Source of the DNA: Candidatus Methylomirabilis oxygeniifera
GTDB lineage: Bacteria > Methylomirabilota > Methylomirabilia > Methylomirabilales > Methylomirabilaceae
NCBI GenBank assembly: GCA_000091165.1
Contig: FP565575.1
Location: 2,640,001-2,672,000 of the forward strand
Length of the DNA: 32,000 nt
Direction: 5' to 3'
This document shows positions 27,049 to 32,000 of this stretch, one piece after another. The notes below the pieces were generated by a model that saw nothing but the letters and a program-made list of their open reading frames with translations, ran no database searches and was not told where the DNA came from. Numbering within the stretch: the first letter of the stretch is position 1; every line of letters begins with the position of its first letter. A program made the position numbers and the translations under genes.

Positions 27049-28095
27049 ATGTTGCAAGGTATGATGCCAGCGCACGGGAAGAGTGACGCGAGTCGTGCAT
27101 CCGGTGCGTGCCTGCCGTTGGACAAACACGGCACGAGGCGGGTCGGCGTGCTGATCAACCCGGAGAGCGGGACGAATCGAGAGGGTCTTCAGGCCCTCCT
27201 ACACGTCCTGGACCAGTATAAGCCGGTGATCCACCGGTATGTCGTCGGCCCGGCAAGTGTAGCCGGCGCTCTTGCGGCAATGGCTGCCCAGCGAGTGGAT
27301 GTCGTGGCTGTCTGCGGTGGGGATGGAACCGTCCAGGCTGTGTTGACTGCCCTGTTACACAACGGACCCTTTGCCGCATTGCCGTCCCTGGCGCTCATTG
27401 CAGGAGGGACCTCGAATATGACCGCTGCCGATGTCGGCGTAGTCGGCAAGCCGGCGCGGGCATTGCGGCGCCTGTTGGCATGGTCTGAGGGAAGGGGCCC
27501 GACGGGTCAGGTTGTGCGACGGGCGATCCTGCGAGTGGATGGCGGGGCGGACCGCGCGCCGCAGTTTGGGATGTTTTTCAGCGCGGCCGGCATCGTCGAC
27601 GTCACCCGCGCCCGATGGGCGACCCGTCGGCGGGCCAGATCGAAACCGATGCGCGGCGCCTTGGGGACGGCTGTTACGGTCAGCCGGTATCTGCTGGGTC
27701 TTGCGCTTGGACGTCGAGTTGTCGAACCGACTCCGATCTCGGTCCGCTTAGACGGTCGGTCACACAGTGCGAATAACTACCTCGCGCTGTTCATCACGAC
27801 CTTGGAACGGTTAAATCCCGGGATACGACCATACTGGGGCGAGGGACATGGTCCGCTCAGGTATACGGCGGTGGCCTATCAACCGCGGAACCTGCTGCTG
27901 GCTGCGCCTTCGCTTATCCGTGGCAGACGCAGCCGATACCTGACGCCGGAGTCCGGGTATGCGAGCGGGAATATCCATGAAGCCGTGTTGCAACTTCAGA
28001 CGGAATGCGCGCTTGACGGAGAACTACTCGGGAGCGCGACGCCGCGCCCACTCGCGGTAACTTGCGGAGGGGAGGTTAACTTTGTACGATTATGA
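27049..28095 (+). CDS. Diacylglycerol/ceramide/sphingosine kinase family protein (DAGK_cat)
   Basis: GVLINPESGTN, VAVCGGDGTVQAVLTALL, LIAGGTSNMTAADVG, ECALDGELL: DAGK-catalytic domain motifs. Confidence 0.87.
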   Translation: MLQGMMPAHGKSDASRASGACLPLDKHGTRRVGVLINPESGTNREGLQALLHVLDQYKPVIHRYVVGPASVAGALAAMAAQRVDVVAVCGGDGTVQAVLTALLHNGPFAALPSLALIAGGTSNMTAADVGVVGKPARALRRLLAWSEGRGPTGQVVRRAILRVDGGADRAPQFGMFFSAAGIVDVTRARWATRRRARSKPMRGALGTAVTVSRYLLGLALGRRVVEPTPISVRLDGRSHSANNYLALFITTLERLNPGIRPYWGEGHGPLRYTAVAYQPRNLLLAAPSLIRGRRSRYLTPESGYASGNIHEAVLQLQTECALDGELLGSATPRPLAVTCGGEVNFVRL

Positions 28096-29203
28096 AAAAA
28101 AAGCGGCGGTTGTCGCTCAGCAAGAGACTCCGGATTTTTCCCGCCGGGAGATCAAGAAGCTCGTTCACGATCTATTCACGCCCAAGCCGCTACTCTATTG
28201 GACCGATTTCCTGGTTACGGTGTCCATCGGGTACGGTTTTGCCGCAATCTACCTGACGGCGCCGGCCTTCTCGCTGCTTCAGATTGCCGCAATGTTGTTG
28301 TCCGGACTGGCGTTGTTTCGGGTCGGCATCTTCATTCATGAGCTTGTCCACAGGGAGGAACCCTCCATGATAGGATTTCATATCGCCTGGAATCTTCTTG
28401 TCGGGATGCCCCTGCTCATGCATTCATTTCTGTACAGGAATCACCTCGACCATCATCACCCACGCAAGTTCGGAACGCCCGCCGATGGTGAGTATCTACC
28501 CCTGGGCTCGGCTCCCCTTCGAGAAACTGCGTTGTATTTCGCACAAGTCCCGGTCCTGCCGATCATGGCCGCCTTCCGCTTTCTGATCCTCGTGCCGTTG
28601 TCGTTCCTGAATCCCCGTTGGCGAAGGTGGCTCCTCGAGTGTCGGTCATCCTATGCGATCGATCCCTACTATAGGCGCACCATCCCATCAACGGAACGTC
28701 TGGATCTCTGGGCTGCGCTTGACCTGCTCGGCTTTGTCTGGGTGGTCGGTGCTCTTACCTTGATTCTCAGCGGTGTGATCGCATGGACGACGATCGGGCT
28801 CTTGTATTGCCTGGCCATCTGGACGATCGGCCTGAACTGGATTCGTACTCTTGCTGCGCACCGGTTTATGAATGAGGGCGGCAACATGACGTATGAGGAG
28901 CAGGTTGAAGACTCCCTCACCATCGGGGGGCATTCCCTCCTGTCGTATCTCCTGTTTCCGATCGGTTTGCGGTACCACACCATTCATCACCTGTTCCCGC
29001 TGATGCCCTATCATGCGATGGGCGAGGCGCATCGCCGCCTGATGAATGGGCTTCCCGAAGACTCGGTGTACAGAAAGACGATCGTCCCCGGTTTGGTGGC
29101 TGTGCTCCGAGATCTCCTGCGTCACGCCAGTCTGGCAGGAAAGGCCGGCCGCAATCCGATGCAGGTGTGGCGCCATCCGGAAACGGCGACGTATGCGCGA
29201 TAA
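28082..29203 (+). CDS. Fatty acid desaturase/hydroxylase family integral membrane di-iron protein
   Basis: His motifs HELVHRE, RNHLDHHHPRKFG, RYHTIHHLFPLMPYH with intervening TM segments; overlaps preceding lipid kinase gene by 14 bp. Confidence 0.88.
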   Translation: MYDYEKKAAVVAQQETPDFSRREIKKLVHDLFTPKPLLYWTDFLVTVSIGYGFAAIYLTAPAFSLLQIAAMLLSGLALFRVGIFIHELVHREEPSMIGFHIAWNLLVGMPLLMHSFLYRNHLDHHHPRKFGTPADGEYLPLGSAPLRETALYFAQVPVLPIMAAFRFLILVPLSFLNPRWRRWLLECRSSYAIDPYYRRTIPSTERLDLWAALDLLGFVWVVGALTLILSGVIAWTTIGLLYCLAIWTIGLNWIRTLAAHRFMNEGGNMTYEEQVEDSLTIGGHSLLSYLLFPIGLRYHTIHHLFPLMPYHAMGEAHRRLMNGLPEDSVYRKTIVPGLVAVLRDLLRHASLAGKAGRNPMQVWRHPETATYAR

Positions 29204-30155
29204 ACCGGCGGCGTGGACGCGGCTCACCTCTTTCATCGAACAGTATAGCGCGAGACCTGTGACGCCGGGGATTCGTGCGCTGGCCGACGCGCTTCTAAAG
29301 CAGTACGGCAACGGCGCTGCCGCAATACTCGCATACGGTTCCTGCTTTCGCAACCGGACGGATGAGGGGCTTGTCGACCTGTGCGTGCTGGTCGACAGCT
29401 ACCGGTCTCTCCCTGGAGCCGTATGGCAGCACTGGCTCTACCGGGTCCTACCTCCCACGGTATTTTATCTGGAGATCCCGCACAACGGCCGCCGGCTTCG
29501 GGCAAAATATATCGTGATCTCACGCGAAGATTTCGAGCGAGGCGTCTCGCCGCGCTGTTTCTATTCGTATCTCTGGGGTAGGTTCGCACAACCTGCGGGG
29601 GTACTGTATGCCAGAGACGAGCGAAACGCCCATCGGGTCTACAAGGCATTAGCCCAGGCCGTCGTCACATTTGTGGGTCGTGTCGTGCCGATTCTGCCGT
29701 CTATGTTCGATGCCCGCGATCTGTGGCAACAGGGGCTGCGCCTGAGCTATGGCACTGAATTGAGACCTGAGCGGACGGACGCCGTCGCGCGGCTGGTTGA
29801 CCACTCTTTTGATTACTATGAGCAGATCAGTCGCATCGGAATGGAGTGCGTGCAGTTCGATGTGCGACCGATCGACGAGGCTCGGACAACCAGATACCGT
29901 GCGGCAATCCCGGACTCGATCCGTTTCATTGCCGACCTTGCATGGCGCATTCGGAAAGTACACGGAAAAATACTGAACGTCCTGCGTCTGCTGAAAGGAC
30001 TATTCACGTTCAAGAGCGGCAGGGACTATATCCTGTGGAAGATCGAACGACATTCCGGCATGAAAGTAGAAGTGCCGCCGTTCTACGAGCGTTACCCATG
30101 GTTCGCAACGGCGTTGATCCTCGGAAGGCTCTATCGGCGCGGGGCGTTCCGTTAG
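29193..30155 (+). CDS. Nucleotidyltransferase-domain-like protein of unknown role
   Basis: Track ORF 29046..30155; likely ATG 29193 (MRDKPAAWTRLTSFIEQ), overlapping the desaturase gene by 11 bp. AAILAYGSCFRNRTDEGLVDLCVLVDSYRS resembles GS-Xn-(D)xD polymerase-beta-type nucleotidyltransferase motif. Confidence 0.65.
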   Translation: MRDKPAAWTRLTSFIEQYSARPVTPGIRALADALLKQYGNGAAAILAYGSCFRNRTDEGLVDLCVLVDSYRSLPGAVWQHWLYRVLPPTVFYLEIPHNGRRLRAKYIVISREDFERGVSPRCFYSYLWGRFAQPAGVLYARDERNAHRVYKALAQAVVTFVGRVVPILPSMFDARDLWQQGLRLSYGTELRPERTDAVARLVDHSFDYYEQISRIGMECVQFDVRPIDEARTTRYRAAIPDSIRFIADLAWRIRKVHGKILNVLRLLKGLFTFKSGRDYILWKIERHSGMKVEVPPFYERYPWFATALILGRLYRRGAFR

Positions 30156-30172
30156 GGGACGATCGGTCAGCC

Positions 30173-30688
30173 ATGAATCGCGTACCGGCTATCTTATCCA
30201 GCCTTTTGCTCGCGTACCTGCTCTTACTGCCATGGAATGTGCAAGCCCTGATCGAAGCAACCGAGGGGGCATGCACCCGCACTTCCGCCGCCATCGATGT
30301 TCGAGTACAGGGGGTGAGGAGCGATCGCGGCAACATTATGTTCGTCCTGTACGGCGACAATCCAGACGATTTTCTGGTAAAAGGGAAGAGGATCTTTAAG
30401 CAACAGTTTGCCGCGAAGCGCGGAACCGTGGCGTTCTGCGTGATCGTCCAAAAGGCGGGCGCCTATGCCGCCAGTGTGTACCACGATGAAAACGGCAACA
30501 AGAAATTTGATAGGAACTGGATCGGAATACCCGCCGAGGGCGCCGGTTTCTCGAATAATCCCACGCTGCTGTTAGGCCCACCCAGCCATGCGCAAGCGGC
30601 GTTTCAGGTCTCGAACGGCCCCAAGCGCGTGGAGATCCAGCTCAATTATTCCATCGTATCCGGACGACAAAGCCCTAATCTGCCATAG
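30173..30688 (+). CDS. DUF2141-like secreted protein
   Basis: Likely ATG 30173 (MNRVPAILSSLLLAYLLLLPWNVQALIEA signal peptide). DVRVQGVRSDRGNIMFVLYGDN...AGAYAASVYHDENGNKKFDRNWIGIPAEGAGFSNNP typical of DUF2141. Confidence 0.82.
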   Translation: MNRVPAILSSLLLAYLLLLPWNVQALIEATEGACTRTSAAIDVRVQGVRSDRGNIMFVLYGDNPDDFLVKGKRIFKQQFAAKRGTVAFCVIVQKAGAYAASVYHDENGNKKFDRNWIGIPAEGAGFSNNPTLLLGPPSHAQAAFQVSNGPKRVEIQLNYSIVSGRQSPNLP

Positions 30689-30912
30689 TCAAGGACCGGT
30701 CGCTTTCGAAGTTGAAGATTGCCCCATATTCCAAAGTAGATTATCAACATGCACCAAAAGTATATGAATGGCGGCGCAGGAGCTCCGGTACATGTTGGAG
30801 AGGTTCAGTCCTCTGGCCGGAGGAATGAAGGTGTTACCGAAAGGTCATCTGCTTGCCGTTATCTCGATATGGGCGGGTAGGTATTAGGTTCCCCCGCGTA
30901 CACTCCTTATTT

Positions 30913-30956
30913 CCGGGGAGAGGCGCACCCCGGCTGGCGAACGAGACGACTGCGCC
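30913..30956 (+). promoter_or_regulatory. Candidate structured RNA leader element (hairpin plus possible pseudoknot)
   Basis: CCGGGG (30913-30918)/CCCCGG (30928-30933) stem; loop GGCGCA (30922-30927) complementary to downstream TGCGCC (30951-30956). Confidence 0.3.
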
Positions 30957-30968
30957 CCACTATGGCTC

Positions 30969-30992
30969 GCGGGCCGCACGGCCCGCCTTTTT
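30969..30992 (+). terminator. Rho-independent terminator
   Basis: GCGGGCC-GCAC-GGCCCGC perfect 7-bp GC stem with tetraloop followed by CTTTTT. Confidence 0.8.
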
Positions 30993-31006
30993 ACGGAGGC
31001 TCCATA

Positions 31007-31450
31007 ATGTTGCAACAATGGGTGAGACTCGCTCTACTCCTCGCTTTGGTTGTGATGCTCCCACTTCTCGATCCGAATCCTGCACTTGCCGGTCAGGAGA
31101 TCACGGCCGCAGTCGCCTATGCGGGGAGCCCATCCTTTGCGGATACCATGGCAAATTCCCGAACTACTTTCGCCTCCAGCGACGGCATCAGCTTTGCGGC
31201 ATTCATCGATACCGATGGCCTGTCTTGGTCCTCAGTAACCATACAGGCGTATATCTTCGACCAACTGGGTAAACTGCGACATGTGGAAACCACCTCGTTT
31301 AGCAACTCGTTTAGTGGAGGGCTCTGGCGTTTGGGAGTGACCGTGGGCGCTGGAATACTTCCGACCGGACAGTATCGGTGGCTGGTGGCCGTGATCGGGA
31401 ATGACGGGACCACCTTTGCCTCGACGCTTCAACCTCTCGTAATTCAGTAG
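31007..31450 (+). CDS. Hypothetical secreted protein
   Basis: Track ORF 30962..31450; start 31007 gives MLQQWVRLALLLALVVMLPLLDPNPALAG signal peptide, preceded by GGAGG at ~8-nt spacing. Beta-rich remainder. Confidence 0.7.
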   Translation: MLQQWVRLALLLALVVMLPLLDPNPALAGQEITAAVAYAGSPSFADTMANSRTTFASSDGISFAAFIDTDGLSWSSVTIQAYIFDQLGKLRHVETTSFSNSFSGGLWRLGVTVGAGILPTGQYRWLVAVIGNDGTTFASTLQPLVIQ

Positions 31451-32000
31451 CGGGGAGCGTAGTTGGGCTAATGAGGGTACAACAACACGAGCTGCCGGCA
31501 ATGCTCGCGCATGTACATCGTCACATGGCCCTTGTGGAGTAAGAGTTCGTTCCTCACCGCGGGCCAATCGTATCCTGGAGGCGACAATACGACGCGACTC
31601 AGTAGTACCCGGTTCATTTTAAGTACAACTTACGCAGAGTTTTTATTGATGGGGATTTCCGAGCATGTCAAGGTGTAAACCATTTCGAGCTACGTCAGAA
31701 AACTGTATCCTTATAACACAAGAAGTTACAAACCTCGAAATGCTGATGTTACATTTAACCGGACACTACTGGACGCGGCTATTTAATGAATATCGCGAAG
31801 ATCGCTCCGATAATGAGGAGAGCGATCAATGCCACGAACGGAAGAAGCAGCAGTGGGTAATCTCGAAGCTTGAGGCGCATACGATCTCCGAAGCTAAATA
31901 TTTAAGTGCTGTAGGCTGGGATGAGTGATGCGAATCCCGGCAGTTGGCTTACTTCCATCGATACGCCGCAACGTCCGGTGATACCGCCAAGGTCATTGAG

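Noticed and set aside
30969-30992. Interpreting the terminator solely as the end of the sphingolipid operon
   Set aside because: Not excluded, but it lies ~280 bp after the last operon stop and ~14 nt before the next ATG, so kept as an open alternative in the leader finding rather than asserted.
31665-31928. 87-aa + strand ORF near the window end
   Set aside because: Short, no recognisable domain or clear ribosome-binding context; the region is more AT-rich and could be coding, but this cannot be supported from sequence alone.
1-32000. CRISPR array, rRNA or tRNA
   Set aside because: No regularly spaced direct repeats and no recognisable rRNA or tRNA segments were found by eye; a tRNAscan/Infernal run would be needed to exclude these formally.

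Overview
Read directly from the supplied sequence and ORF track; no searches were run. The window falls into three parts. (1) 1-5008 is an accessory, defence-like stretch: an XhoI/PaeR7I-family type II restriction endonuclease with an adjacent beta-type SAM-dependent DNA methyltransferase, an inositol-monophosphatase 3'-fragment, a BASS-family symporter, an MNT/HEPN (type VII-like) toxin-antitoxin pair, a decayed region with a possible methylase N-terminal remnant, and a second small protein carrying a HEPN-like RX4H motif. (2) 5081-14945 looks like ordinary chromosome: an AttH/CrtC-like lipocalin-domain protein + FtsX-type permease + LolD-like ATPase operon, a Pal/OmpA lipoprotein, an ArsB/NhaD-type antiporter, a metallophosphoesterase and lptG/lptF. 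(3) 15085-30688 is the most interesting part: a ~15.6 kb lipid gene cluster with the full enzyme set expected for the Caulobacter-type bacterial sphingolipid (ceramide) pathway. It contains serine palmitoyltransferase-like PLP enzyme, dedicated ACP, acyl-ACP synthetase-like adenylating enzyme, NAD-dependent ceramide-reductase-like protein and a GNAT-fold bacterial ceramide synthase candidate. Around this core are head-group/tailoring candidates (two nucleotidyltransferases, a CDP-alcohol phosphatidyltransferase with an extra N-terminal domain, a DAGK/ceramide-kinase-like enzyme, a desaturase/hydroxylase, an FkbM-like methyltransferase, an MsbA-like exporter, a third nucleotidyltransferase-like protein and a DUF2141-like secreted protein). 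A candidate structured leader (hairpin, possible pseudoknot, strong terminator) sits just upstream of a small secreted ORF near 31 kb. No CRISPR array, rRNA or tRNA was recognised.
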